Source: Trichoplax adhaerens
Lineage: Eukaryota; Animalia; Placozoa
DNA: 64,000 nt
Assembly (NCBI RefSeq): GCF_000150275.1
Contig: NW_002060953.1
Location: 1,523,693-1,587,692 of the forward strand
Direction of reading: 5' to 3'
Shown: one piece after another, positions 48,529-60,621 of the stretch
Layout of the letters: the number at the start of each line of letters is the position of its first letter
How positions within the stretch are numbered: the stretch's first letter is position 1
Program-made: the position numbers and the translations under genes
The notes under the pieces: generated by a model
What the model was told of the DNA's origin: nothing
What the model saw: only the letters and a program-made list of their open reading frames with translations
Databases searched by the model: none

Positions 48529-51500
48529 CACGGGTTTCCAATTTAGCAATGTTTTTGCTTTAGTTATGTCAGGTTTTCGTTTTCGAGGATCATCTTGTGG
48601 CATTGGCTTATTTACTATAGGTACTTTACCGCCTGTGAGAGCATACACATGCATGTAGAAGATAACGGTTTATAGATCGAATATCAACAAGCTACAAATT
48701 ATTTTTCACGCTCTATAAGCTAATAGTATTTGAAAAATGGTATTATAATTTGATAGCCAAGACATAAAACTGGTAAACTACTTTCTCAATAGACAACTTT
48801 TGACGGTAGTAGTAGCGAAACAAACCTACGAATTTTCTTACAAATTCAGCGAAATCAGCAATTGTATGCTCTTCAGGATTACCCTTTCAAATTTTAATGA
48901 TATATCCGCAGTAACTCAGTCGATAAGTATAAATAATATTTTACAATTGATAAAAAGATGGAACAAACAAGATTTCTCTTACCAGGTTAACAGGAGAAGA
49001 GACGTTGCTATTCATTAACGTGATCAGCCCTCTGACAAGGTCGCTGATATAACCATATTAATGCGTTATAAAAGAATAAATGATTTTATTGTTTGTATTG
49101 CTACTTACAATTCCTTTTAAGTTTTTAACTATCAAAATATCATACCTAACATATTGGAAAGATCTAGTTTGTTTACCATTTCCGTACACCTATAAGAATT
49201 TAAATAGTAAAATCTTATGAATACTGCAAACAGTACGCTACAGCATTAATACAAACCGTTAGCGGTTTCCCTTGCAGGGCTTGAATAATAAAATTGCTTA
49301 CTACCCTACCTAAAGCACGATACCGAACAAATCAGTATAGTGCATCTATCAATTTTATCGTATATGGAGAGTATTAAGAATATTTGTACTAACATACCAT
49401 CATTTACGTGCATTCTTGGTCCATAGGTATTGAATATTCTCGCAACACGAACAGCAACATTTTCCTGCGTTGAATTGAAAAATATATCTTTAGGGCTATG
49501 AATTATTAGTTATATAACATTTAATCAGAAAGATATTTCACTTCTTTACCTGCTTTTTGTAAGCGTAGCATAACGTTTCTGCAATTCTTTTACCTTCATC
49601 ATAACAAGCACGGGGTCCAATCGAATTTACATGACCCCAGTAACCTTCATGCTGAGGATGAATCTACAGAAATATTGATATTAATTACTTGGTACCTGCA
49701 TTGTTAATAGCTGATATTACGCTAGTCTTGAGCTTTATAACGGTATACCTCAGGATCTAGATGATATAGCAATAATGCAACAGTGAAAATAGCAAACATC
49801 AACATTGAAGATAATTGGACGAAATTAAAATTTAGTTACGCGTATATCAGATAATTGAGATACCTCCGTAGACTTCAGAGGTTGATGCTAATAGAAGTCT
49901 CGCTTTGACGCGTTTAGCTAAGCCTGATAAAATAAGAATTTATGAATACAGCTACTCGTACCACCAACATTACAGTATAACCTATATAGATGTCGCTTTA
50001 CCAAGCATGTTCATAGTTCCAATGGTGTTAGTTTTTATTGTCTTTTGTAGAATAGAATGTAAAAGAGTTTAAAAAATTATGTGGTAAAGTACTAGTAAAT
50101 TATCATAGAAATTTGATTGCGTAGGCAAATCTTCTAGGATATTAACTTAGCAGTAATTCAACTATACCAATTCGTTGTTATAAAACTATTTCGCCGGAGA
50201 AATATACTCACTTTAATTGGATTATACATATAATGCGGAGGAGAGGCAGGTGAAGCTAAGTGATATATTTGATCCACTGTAAAATCATGGATGTTTTTTT
50301 AGTAAATTTAATTTAAATTAGTTCAATGTAGATCATACTGCACCTTCAATTCGTAAGGGTTCCGTAATGTCATGATGTAGTAGTTCAAAGTTTTTATGAC
50401 CAATCCTGTAGTGAATGGTTAGTAATGAGAATATCTATTTGCTAGGAAGATTGTATCAACGTGATTTGCAAAAATGATTATGTGTGGGGCCTTACCAATG
50501 GTCGACATTCACTTTTCGTCCAGTAAAAAAGTTGTCAGCTACTGTGACCTAAAGTAGAATGATGAATATCTATTATGTATATGCTATGAATGAATGATAG
50601 ATATAAATTAATATACGCGTAATTTACGTACTTCGTGACCAGCAAGCATTAGCGCATCTGCAAGATGAGATCCAACAAATCCAGCACCACCAGTAATCTA
50701 GTTATGACATTTAAACAAATAATAAGTACGATTCTTGCAGCATTTCACTGTTGATTACAAAAATATGTAATTAAGAGGTAACATCATCCATACGTAAGAT
50801 AAACTTCACAGTTAAGACAGAAGTACCGCAAAAATTGGAATATGATGACTATCCTATAATATCACTAACCAAGATTCTCAAGCGTTGGCCTTCTATTAAT
50901 GATTTCACAGGTGGGTAATTTTTTTGCCTATCATCAATTAACGAAATTGCCAAGTTAAAGGAATTATTAATGTAGCTCCATCATTTCTTTTGTATTCTAT
51001 CTCTTCGAGTTGTGATTGTAAGTCACGATATCCCATTTTAAAAACTTCTATCAACTCGTCTATAAATAAGACCTTACTTGTTTTCCAACTTCTCCACTCT
51101 CAGCTGAAGATCATCTAAAGACTATAGTTACATGTCATTACAAGGGGAATGGTTAGTCCTATCATAGTCACTGTACAATTTAAGCAAACTCTTAAAGGTG
51201 CATGATGCAATAGACGATTGATTCGTTTATCAGGTTATTGACCATTATTGATATTGCTAGTCATGATTACGTTAGAAATTGATTGCTTATTCCATGGCCG
51301 ATTGCTTGCTATTCTCGTCACTATACCTGTATATAATGCTTACTCCATTTATTCAAGATCTCGGTCTGATCTATTGTATTTGCCCTACAAAGTATCGGTT
51401 ATACAAGTTGCCATAGAATTGGCAATGATGAAATGAAGTAGACTGAAAGGTTAATCACGCCATTGGAGACACCATTGGCACTCTCTGCAGTTAGCAGGAT

Positions 51501-51763
51501 AGCCGAATAGCAATTTATATCGCAACTTACATTATCCAACCTTTAGGTCCATGAATACCGCTAAGTGAAACTATTTATAACATGCACAACAGTACCAGGA
51601 TTGAATAATTGAAGATGAAATGTCAATCATCACATCGCATAACTGAAATTACAATACTGAATTGCTCACCTAAAATAACAAGGATGAAGAGGAAAAGAAA
51701 GAGATAACTTCTAGCATAGCGTACAAAAAAGGAAAGAGAAAAGAAATTTTTCATTCGTGGCAT
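48529..51763 (-). CDS. UXS1: UDP-glucuronate decarboxylase 1 (UDP-xylose synthase), spliced; the last exon is presumably in the gap at 47736-48435
   Basis: Manually reconstructed GT-AG exons, 5' to 3': 51670-51763, 51531-51570, 51344-51384, 51078-51114, 50870-50927, 50632-50697, 50496-50548, 50344-50405, 50212-50276, 50002-50041, 49864-49923, 49749-49756, 49550-49663, 49398-49464, 49257-49309, 49146-49189, 48983-49043, 48826-48883, 48529-48632. They give an N-terminal membrane anchor, then [94 protein letters not shown]. Exons 2-4 are less certain. Confidence 0.93.
49749..49756 (-). other. UXS1: 8-nt microexon of UXS1 (ATCCTGAG)
   Basis: The minus strand reads ...catcTAG|ATCCTGAG|GTatac. This supplies exactly the conserved D-P-E missing between SEVYG and IHPQ and restores the frame. 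Confidence 0.88.
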
Positions 51764-51899
51764 TTTTGATTCTCCCAGCTGACTTATACGGCTATAACAC
51801 AGTCGTTAACAGCATTAGCGATGGATTATTCAATATATTTGTTGAATAGATATACGCTATTTGTCGTATCATGCAATTATCATCTTGCACATCGAGTTA

Positions 51900-52150
51900 A
51901 TTTACTATCGCCGGGATCGACATTTCGCTACTGGTTGGCCACTAGCTCAGCCTGGAATAGACCGTCAAGGCCACCCCTGGGTACAGTACCACAGTACAGC
52001 ATAATGTACTGTACACTGTACACTGTACGTTACAGTACAAGTGGCAGGATTACAGTGCAGTATTGTAGCGCGGACTGTAATACAATGATTAGTATTAGAA
52101 TGGCGAAGACATTGATGGACTTTAGTACTGTACACTGTACAGTACTATGC
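51900..52150. promoter_or_regulatory. Probable UXS1 promoter region, GC-richer with clustered ACAGTA/TACTGT motifs
   Basis: Lies 140-390 bp upstream of the UXS1 ATG and contains dense tacagta/tactgta/cactgta copies. Function is inferred from position only. Confidence 0.5.
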
Positions 52151-52367
52151 AATCTTTCCAGGATAGTAGACTAGTAGTAGTTTGACTTTCAATCAGGATT
52201 GACAATTGCAAGTCCATTTCCTCCTTTTTATTTTTGACTTGAATGTTCCTATTCAGGATCGAATTAGGAAAGGGTTACTAGAGGAATAGAAGGAAAGAAT
52301 GATGATCAAATTTATTTGTAAACATGGAATCATGAGAACAGTTGGTCTAGCGTAACAGTGCTGAAAA

Positions 52368-52512
52368 AAATTGGTTATCAGTTCGGGGACTAAATGTTAT
52401 CTATGCTTGAATACAATTATATCTAGAATCTTTTGTTCATAAATTGATCATCAACTAGGGGACTGAATGTTATCAGTCATTGAATACAATGATATCTAGA
52501 ACCTTTCGTTAA
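52368..52512. repeat. Two diverged tandem copies of a 73-bp unit
   Basis: aaattg..atca..ggggact.aatgttatc..ttgaatacaat.atatctagaa occurs at 52368 and 52441. Confidence 0.8.
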
Positions 52513-53270
52513 TTCATATAACCTTCAAGGTGAAATATCTCGCCTCCTGAACATGGCAGATCAGTGCAGCTAGTAACATTAATTTCGCGAGAATAGGATC
52601 CTGTGTTCTGTGCCAAGAGTCCAAGACCATTTCATTCATACTGTCCTTCCATGTTGCTGCAATACCAAGTTTAGTCCTTTCACTTACTGTACTATACTGT
52701 ATAAGTGTATAGTACAACATCCAATGTCCAATGACCATATCAGAACAAGTGATGGGTGCTGAGCATGATATTTGCCGTTACACTTTCCTATTTCTACCCC
52801 ACACTTTATTTGCACCTTGGACGTTTGGATTTTTCCTTGTACCACGGAAAAATCGACTAGATCATGGCTCTGTAGTGATTGCAATTTCACATGACCTACG
52901 CAATCTTTGCTAACATATTGACCTTACTAATACAATTCCTGCTCTACAACTACATTCTCATGTTAAAATATTGTCGCCCTTTCTTGTACTATCCGTGTAC
53001 GTTTCAAGATATTATGGAATCAGTATTTTGTTGACTGTCTATGGCTATGAAGCTAAAAATTTCATATTTCTTGAGTTCGTCAACGCCATTCTAGCAGTGC
53101 TTAGCGTTATATTGTATTGGGAGATCTAAAAATTACACTACTTACGGTGCAGTAGAGTGCATGCTTGAATACCATCGCTTTGTATACTTTGTTACTGAAT
53201 TAAATTCTTATCGTTGATCCTGTCCTAATGTACAATTGGAGTAGCTAAAACCAAAATGATAAGGACTTGC

Positions 53271-53400
53271 AGCAATGCGCGTTGATGTACATCTTCCAAA
53301 GCGGTGCGTTACCCCCTTTGTCCACTTGCATATAGAAAGCTTAACGAATTTTTAAGGGGTAATGCACTGCTTTGGAAGATGTATATCAACGCGCATTGCT
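53271..53400. repeat. Inverted repeat: 45-bp arms (53271-53315 and 53356-53400) with a 40-nt loop
   Basis: 42 of 45 positions are Watson-Crick complementary. The other three are G-T on the plus strand. Confidence 0.92.
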
Positions 53401-54041
53401 ACATGGTAGACATTAGAAATATATCTATACATTTAGTTGGGGCACTTTTTTAATCAAGACTGCAATTACTACACATATGCCATTAATGGTTAGTACCTGT
53501 TTTATGAGATACTGAGACAAGAACTGTTTTAATCACATCAACTTGCAATACAATACATACCTGCATTAATGCGACAGAACAAATACAGTATAATGCGAAT
53601 GTAATTTACGGCTTTTATAATTAAATATACTTTATAGATAGGCAATATTTTCCGCAAGTTGAGTTAATGATAATTAACTGATTGATACATACTGAGAATA
53701 ACCATCATAATTTCGTAGAGACTATAAACTTATAGCGTTCAATATCAGTACATCAATAAAATACTTTTTTAATAATCATAATAAACGGATGTTGTAGATT
53801 TCTTCATGCTGCGATCACATGAATAAACCATACTAACCATCATAAAATTCTAAACTGCATTTTACACATACTGTATGTATTGCTAACCAATCCCACAGTA
53901 AGTAATATAACATTAAAGAAATTAATAAAATATTGCATTACTTATATAATAACGGACAATATTACAGTTTGCGCTATTTCTATGATACTAAAATTCTGTC
54001 AGAAAGATCAGATGATAAAATAGTTTCCAGCTCTAACCAGC

Positions 54042-56756
54042 TCATGAACTGGTGATAGTGGCGCTTGAATCAGATGATTTGTAAGACTGTCCACATTTTG
54101 TGTGTCCGGATAGGTTGCTAAATGTAAACTGCGTAATACTACTCTTTATTCCAGCTTTGGTATTTAAATCCGGCCGAAAGTAAATAACGTAAATTTTAGG
54201 AATAAAGAAGCACAGTAAAGGCGAAAGACCAAAGGTTAGCATAAATAGGGACAAGAGATAGTCACGAACCATACCGTATAAGAGGAATAATGCAGGACTA
54301 CTAATAAATTCCAAAGCCAGAAGCAGAATTGAAGATAAATAAATATATCTAGATTCATTGAAATTGTCTGGTAATGAACGGGCTTTGAAAGCGAGATAGA
54401 CGCATAGTAGACCCAATATGCCAGAGGATACCAGCTGATATATGCTGGGGTAACTGCTTTCTTCGAAACAAATTATCGTCAAATATCCTTCAATTCTCAC
54501 ATTTTTGGTAACTTTTATAGGATAGATTAGCATTAAACAAACTACAATACCAATATTGATAAATACAATGAGGAAAATGAATAAAATTTGTACGCTTGTT
54601 TTTCTCAGGGGAGCAGTTTTAGAATCCTGATTGATAGCATTTTGAAAAATGACCGAAATTTGATTTGTTTTACATAAGATTGTGGCAAGTATACCTATAT
54701 CCATAAGGGTGACTAATATTACTCTGGCATGGCATACTATCATTGATGGAGGCCTTAAAAATAGACCACCTGCGGGGACACATAAGGAAATAAAAAAGAG
54801 TAATATATTGACTAATGTAAAGTTAGAACCTTTTACAACTGGAGTATCCCTTTTCCGAATCATGACTGACCAAATCCATAGCAAAACAATTAAGTATAAG
54901 CTCGCGACAATATAGAATACAATGGAAATAGTATCATCCCAACGAATTGTTACAACTTTCAAAGGAATACATGCAGTTCTGTTGGCATTGGACTTAGTTT
55001 CATTTGAACACTGTATACAAGAATATTGATTTGTTGTGTTGGTGATACTTTGCTTGGGGCATACTTTACATTTCCAACAGCATGGACGATAACGTTTATC
55101 AATACTGTTATCATGATACCAATATGTCCCTGGTAGGCACGGGGATGAACATCGCGAGTTAGGAGCGTTATTTCCAACTGAATTATTATCCCAATCAATT
55201 AATGATTCGTTAATAACTACACCAGCCTCTCTATCCCAATAACCGATCATAACTGGCCTCACTGTTCGATTTTCATAATTAGTTTCTCGTTGCAAATTAA
55301 CAATATCTAGTTTCATAATTGGACTACCTTCGAAATCAAACTGGAAATTATTACTTGACACACCAGGAAACTGAATACGGTTAAGAAAATCATTAAGACG
55401 CAGCTTGTTTAAGTCGATATCATTTAATGGTGGGCACGAGGTTGAATTGCAGCCTATCGCGTTATGAAATGCGTTAGCTAGCGCAAGTACAGCATCCATA
55501 ACAAATATAGAGATATATGATGGCGAATGAATTGAATTAAGGAAGGATAACTGTAGTTGCTCAATTGTACATTCTTTCAAAACTGTACTGATGTTATATC
55601 CTGCTTTACTAAGTTGAGTTTTCAGTACATCCATGAACCATGGATTATCGCCATTATTACATAGGTTCAGGTTTTTTAAGTAACTATGATAACGATCTAA
55701 TGATCGTCCTTTAAATTTAAAGCCAATACTACCTCCGATAACATCGGCCCTAATATTGTACATGAGTGAAGAAGTTAACCAAGTATAAGAACCTACGAAG
55801 GTCATACCAGTTAAGTTTAATGCTTCGGCAACCTTAAAGAAAGAATAAACTACACGTTCGACACCAATCAATACAATTACACGTGATGATTGATTTTTTA
55901 GATTCAAAACAACATCGACCAACTCAGATTTGGTGTAGTTATCATTTATTTTACCCAAATAGCTATAGCAGATATTATATGAAGGACCAGCGAAATAGAT
56001 AAATTTGGATATTAAATCTATGGCTGTATTGCCTGCAAAGACAAATGAAACCAAATTCCAATTAAAACGAGTTAATAATTCCATGATTGCTGTCGCCTGA
56101 AAAGATGCCGGTGGGGATGTGCGATAAAAGAATGGAAAGTATCGACGAAGGCTTAGTGTATAGTCGAAAGAAAAATAGCTTATTTGACAGACTCTGAGGC
56201 TACCGGTATAGGCCGCAGTTGCCACCGTAACGTCGTCCGACTCATCACCTATAACTCCAATTATGTACGAATGATTGGACATATGCTCATGGTTGTGACC
56301 TCTGCTTACCATATCTGACAACCTATTATTATTGCCACTGGTTTGTATCAGCTTACATTGTAAATTTTGATAATCCTTTCTTTCTGATAAAATTAGACTA
56401 GATGATAAGGCAGAAATGGCTATTTCACGAGAGCCACAGGAATCGATAACAATCCACCCGACCGGAATTCCAGGTAATAAATTTGGATTATTATTGACTA
56501 ATTCCTTAACAGTGTATATCATAGCCTGTACAAATAGTATATTTTTTACACTGATATCGCTACATTGTCGACTTGTCGCGTTATATCGACTGGAAATCGG
56601 GAAAAGAGCTTGTAATTGTACTAATCCAGCCTTCATGGACATACGTCGACTTTGAGCATATCCAATATTGTTACTACCAGGATAAATTGAAATTGTTATA
56701 AGGAGAAGCGCAATGAAATAGTTAAGCCGCTGAGAAATTGCACAACCGGTAGCCAT
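54042..56756 (-). CDS. Class C GPCR, array copy 7, 904 aa
   Basis: Signal peptide, VFT, 9-Cys domain, 7TM with RSLPDNFNESR and FIPKIYVI. Confidence 0.95.
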   Translation of the reverse strand: MATGCAISQRLNYFIALLLITISIYPGSNNIGYAQSRRMSMKAGLVQLQALFPISSRYNATSRQCSDISVKNILFVQAMIYTVKELVNNNPNLLPGIPVGWIVIDSCGSREIAISALSSSLILSERKDYQNLQCKLIQTSGNNNRLSDMVSRGHNHEHMSNHSYIIGVIGDESDDVTVATAAYTGSLRVCQISYFSFDYTLSLRRYFPFFYRTSPPASFQATAIMELLTRFNWNLVSFVFAGNTAIDLISKFIYFAGPSYNICYSYLGKINDNYTKSELVDVVLNLKNQSSRVIVLIGVERVVYSFFKVAEALNLTGMTFVGSYTWLTSSLMYNIRADVIGGSIGFKFKGRSLDRYHSYLKNLNLCNNGDNPWFMDVLKTQLSKAGYNISTVLKECTIEQLQLSFLNSIHSPSYISIFVMDAVLALANAFHNAIGCNSTSCPPLNDIDLNKLRLNDFLNRIQFPGVSSNNFQFDFEGSPIMKLDIVNLQRETNYENRTVRPVMIGYWDREAGVVINESLIDWDNNSVGNNAPNSRCSSPCLPGTYWYHDNSIDKRYRPCCWKCKVCPKQSITNTTNQYSCIQCSNETKSNANRTACIPLKVVTIRWDDTISIVFYIVASLYLIVLLWIWSVMIRKRDTPVVKGSNFTLVNILLFFISLCVPAGGLFLRPPSMIVCHARVILVTLMDIGILATILCKTNQISVIFQNAINQDSKTAPLRKTSVQILFIFLIVFINIGIVVCLMLIYPIKVTKNVRIEGYLTIICFEESSYPSIYQLVSSGILGLLCVYLAFKARSLPDNFNESRYIYLSSILLLALEFISSPALFLLYGMVRDYLLSLFMLTFGLSPLLCFFIPKIYVIYFRPDLNTKAGIKSSITQFTFSNLSGHTKCGQSYKSSDSSATITSS

Positions 56757-57967
56757 CTACAGTCTATTGCCTTATAATGCAATAATTATAAAGCGCTAAA
56801 AAATGATGAGTGTATCTCTGAAAGATGTCTAATTAAATGATGCAAAGTCCTAGCATGGGCTGCTTATTACATCAATTCAGATATTTTGATATAATTACGT
56901 GGCATAGCGCCTGCACTTGCCCTAGATTAATTAATTAGTTTTTTAACAAGAGGTATTTTAGATGCTATTTGAACAATTACATTCTCGAAAAGAATTACTA
57001 ACAATGCAAAGTAACCTGATGCAATGATGTTTCCTAATTTTAATGAGACTTCGGCTATGAATAGAATATGTCAACACTTGAGCAACAGAATGAAAGAACT
57101 GGACCACCGCCACCTGGCAGCTTTATAGCAAGTGTGTATTAAAAAAATTTCGACTTATGTACTCCATAACATATGTTTATACTTACTAGTAATTGTTGAA
57201 ATTCAGATACGAGATTTATTGGCAGATGAAATATTAAGTATGATAGTCAATAAATTATCTATTAGCAACATTATGGCAATTATTATTAAGTTACAGAATT
57301 GTTAGCGAAAGCTATAATAGTAATGTCCGCCCTAAATAAAAAAAAATGGTGTTAACAAAGCTTGTATTGTTTAGCATAAACTACATTGAGATTTTAACAT
57401 TTTGGTATGTCATTTGGATCGCATTGTAAGGCCAATATATTATTAAGATTTCATGATTATAATAATTCAAAATTGTACATTTACGTGTTCTTCATAATAG
57501 TTCTCTTATATAAAATTTGACTCTAAGCAGATCTTGGTAAACATGTATTTATGATAGAATGAAAATAATTTAACGGTTCTTAATTTTCTTTATTTTCATT
57601 CATCGATAGTTATAAAGGCATTTCTAACTTTTACCGTACCCTTTAAAATGACGCCTTAGATTTGAGTAAAGCTAATTATACGATAATTTTTGTCTTATTG
57701 TAAATATCGCTCCTGTCTATAGACCTATATTACAGATCTTTCTAAAGACTCTGTAATTGACTTTAACTAGGTTCAGCTTTTATGAAGATCTTATTGTCTA
57801 TATATTTCAACTCATTCTCTTATAATATTACCAATTGCTTAATTTTTTTCTTTCAGAAATAGCAGCTCAAAGAAATACAAGAATTTATTTTAAATTAGTA
57901 ATTCTAGACAGATGTATCTTTCAAAATATTGACTTAGTTACTAACAGAAAATTTTGAATACCAGTAA

Positions 57968-58400
57968 TTATCATACAACTCCAATTAATTCGCTCGAGGA
58001 ACTAATACAACATCTTTAATGATAGCCAAAAGCAAACCTCTCTGTTGTGTCAATAGTTTGCAGAAGAACTTGTTTTCCCTAGATGCATTAAGTAATCAAT
58101 CATTTATCAATATTTTTACTAGCATATAAAGCCGTGTAATACTCAATCACAATATTCTATATAACTCCTCTCGATTTTTTAAAGCATGAAACACTCGCAG
58201 CTCGTTTACACTTCTGGAAATTAGTAATATTTCAGTGTCATCTAACTGTATCGCATTTAAATTCAACTATAATCTGATGACACTAAGTTATGGTAATGTT
58301 ATTAAAAAGTTTTTTGATACAACAGAGAGGTTTACTTTTTGGCTATCACTAAAGATGTTGTATTAGTTCCTCGAGCGAATTAATTGGAGTTGTATGATAA
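57968..58400. mobile_element. MITE/foldback-like element, 433 bp, with terminal inverted repeats of about 86 bp
   Basis: Arms 57968-58053 and 58314-58400 differ by 3 substitutions and 1 indel. TAA flanks both sides (57965-57967 and 58401-58403). No coding capacity. Confidence 0.65.
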
Positions 58401-59299
58401 TAAGTTATTTGCTCCATATTAAATTTCTTCAACTCCATTTAACATTTTGTAATTGGTGGGTATGTGCTTAGTCGATTATTTTTTTAAAGTCAAATCTAAT
58501 TAAGATACAATATATCAGTCAATTTGTCTGAAAACTTAAGGTTAGAAATTGTAAGGAACTTTGCGACATGGAGAATACCTGTAGGCTAAGTGTTTTGGTC
58601 TTTGAAGAGCTGTTCACGTTAAGTTTAAGCTAATGTGTGACGAAGTTCTAGAATCTTCCAGATACCAATTTATTAATTTATAAAATAATTCCAAAATAAA
58701 GAGAGAGTATGCGCTAATTTTTGCTAATTAAATAAGAGATTTACTCAAATACTTAGGAAGCCAATGAAGGATTCTCCTCGGCATGTAAAGATATGAATAA
58801 TATAACCTTAGTATTGGAAACAGCAACGATTTATGGGTGCTATTGTCAGACCGATTATAATATCCATGTAACAACATCAATACTATTAGAAGGAAAAATA
58901 TTAACTTCTTTCTATTGACCATAGCCGTTTTAAAATATTGTGCATACATAAACTCACGCTTTGCTTAAGGTCAGTGCAATTAGTGGATAAATTAATAGGG
59001 GATTTGAAGAATCTTGTTGGAAAATATTCTTGTTAATTTGAAGTTTTAATCGATTTAATAATTATTAGATATAATCTAATCTAATCACTATCATCTTTGA
59101 CACTAGTTGAAACTATTTAATGTTTAATCTAAAACTGCGGGGCAGCTAAGTTTACTTCTGCAATAACTAAAAGATTACAGGCATCTGCCAAAATAAATTA
59201 GATTATTAAAAAATCATTTACGATTGTAACTATCACCAATTTTTTTGGAGTTGAGAGTAATACCATTAATACTATATGTAAAATAAGTCACATAGTTTA

Positions 59300-59950
59300 C
59301 AGATTGTAATTGATTATGTAGCTACTGCAGACAAATAATGATCCGTATTTCTGGAAGAATCTGAGGTATTAAAATTGTATAAGCTGATAGAAATATTGCT
59401 GGCATAGCTGTAATCTTTGGAATTCCTCTAGCTACCTAGAAATATGTCGGAATGGAGGTCACGACCAGGCAAGATAATAGTAATATGACTCAGACATTTA
59501 ATCGCGCTTCATTAAAGTTTTCAAGTAGGGATCGAACTTGAAAAGCTATAATATTGTAGGTAAAACTTATAAAGTCATTACTACCGGAGAACTGAGATAT
59601 ATGCAAACTAATTGAACTTCGATGAAACTAGTGAGAACTGGCTTGGATAACAGTTGGCGATAAAAACTTAATCCAAACATCAGTGCTACGATACATATTC
59701 AAATAGCAAAAAATAAATGTAACTTGACTCCTTATTTTTGTAAGATTTTTTAGCATGGCGCTGTAGCTAACTAAATTTCGAAATATTAATCACAATTTTC
59801 TTCAATTTGCATGCTACGATGGAAGTTATACAAATTGATTTAATTTTATGACTGCAATTTGATAATACGCGAGGTAAATTATCTGGCGAAAACCTATTTA
59901 TGATTCAGTTTGACAAAATGAGATCTTTTAAAAGCTTTCTTAATTATGAT
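59300..59950 (-). pseudogene. Decayed 7TM remnant of a class C GPCR (not in the ORF track)
   Basis: The minus strand gives, in order, KAFKRSHFVKLN (cf. KGSNFxLxN), IAVIKLNQFV* (cf. VICKTNQV), and then in one frame AFQVRSLLENFNEARLNV*VILLLSCLVVTSIPTYF*...ILPEIRIIICLQ*LHNQ. Confidence 0.8.
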
Positions 59951-60621
59951 TATCCATCTTATTATTAGCATTGCCAGAACTATTGATGCAATACTTACTA
60001 GATTATAGGATTGCATGATCACTGCTCCAATTAAAGTGTTTGGCTTTAGGAGTTATGCTACTCTATAAAAAATTATCCTTCCATAAATAACTTTGTTAGT
60101 ACTATTTTGTGTTTAGGTTAGTAAATTTTTACTTTTAAGATTGATGTATTAAAGGAAATTATTAAAATGTACTATTATGAAGTGAATTTGAATGGAAATG
60201 TTTAATAGATCAAATAAAGGTTCTACGGCTTCATTAACACTACCAATATAAAGTTGTTTTACAAAGTCTTTTTATTCGATTATATTTGATACATTAATGT
60301 CATTCAAAGCTACTTAACTTTAGTAAATATCATAGGAGCATGAACTTATAATTATTAGATAGAACTACTTACAATTCAATTTAACATTAATTTCATACCA
60401 TTAAATATGTCCTTTATTGGGTAACTTGTAAGTCAGGCTTCCATTAAAAAAGGCTTGATAATATTATCTAATTGCGAAATAATTTTATTATGCGCCTACA
60501 GAGAAAAGTAAATTTAGTAAAGAAATGAATTTCGGAGTAATGTGCAAATTATAGGCTATCGGATATCATTACTCAAAGAATTATAAGAATGATTTCTTTT
60601 AGTTATGTCGTTACCGTGAAA

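Noticed and set aside
50960-51059. Exon-like stretch in a UXS1 intron ([23 protein letters not shown]) resembling exon 4, a possible mutually exclusive exon
   Set aside because: It has an AG acceptor in the right phase but no GT donor before an in-frame stop. Not supportable without transcripts.
58728-58949. 73-aa ORF with a signal-peptide-like hydrophobic stretch
   Set aside because: Expected by chance in AT-rich DNA, with no convincing receptor or neuropeptide motifs.
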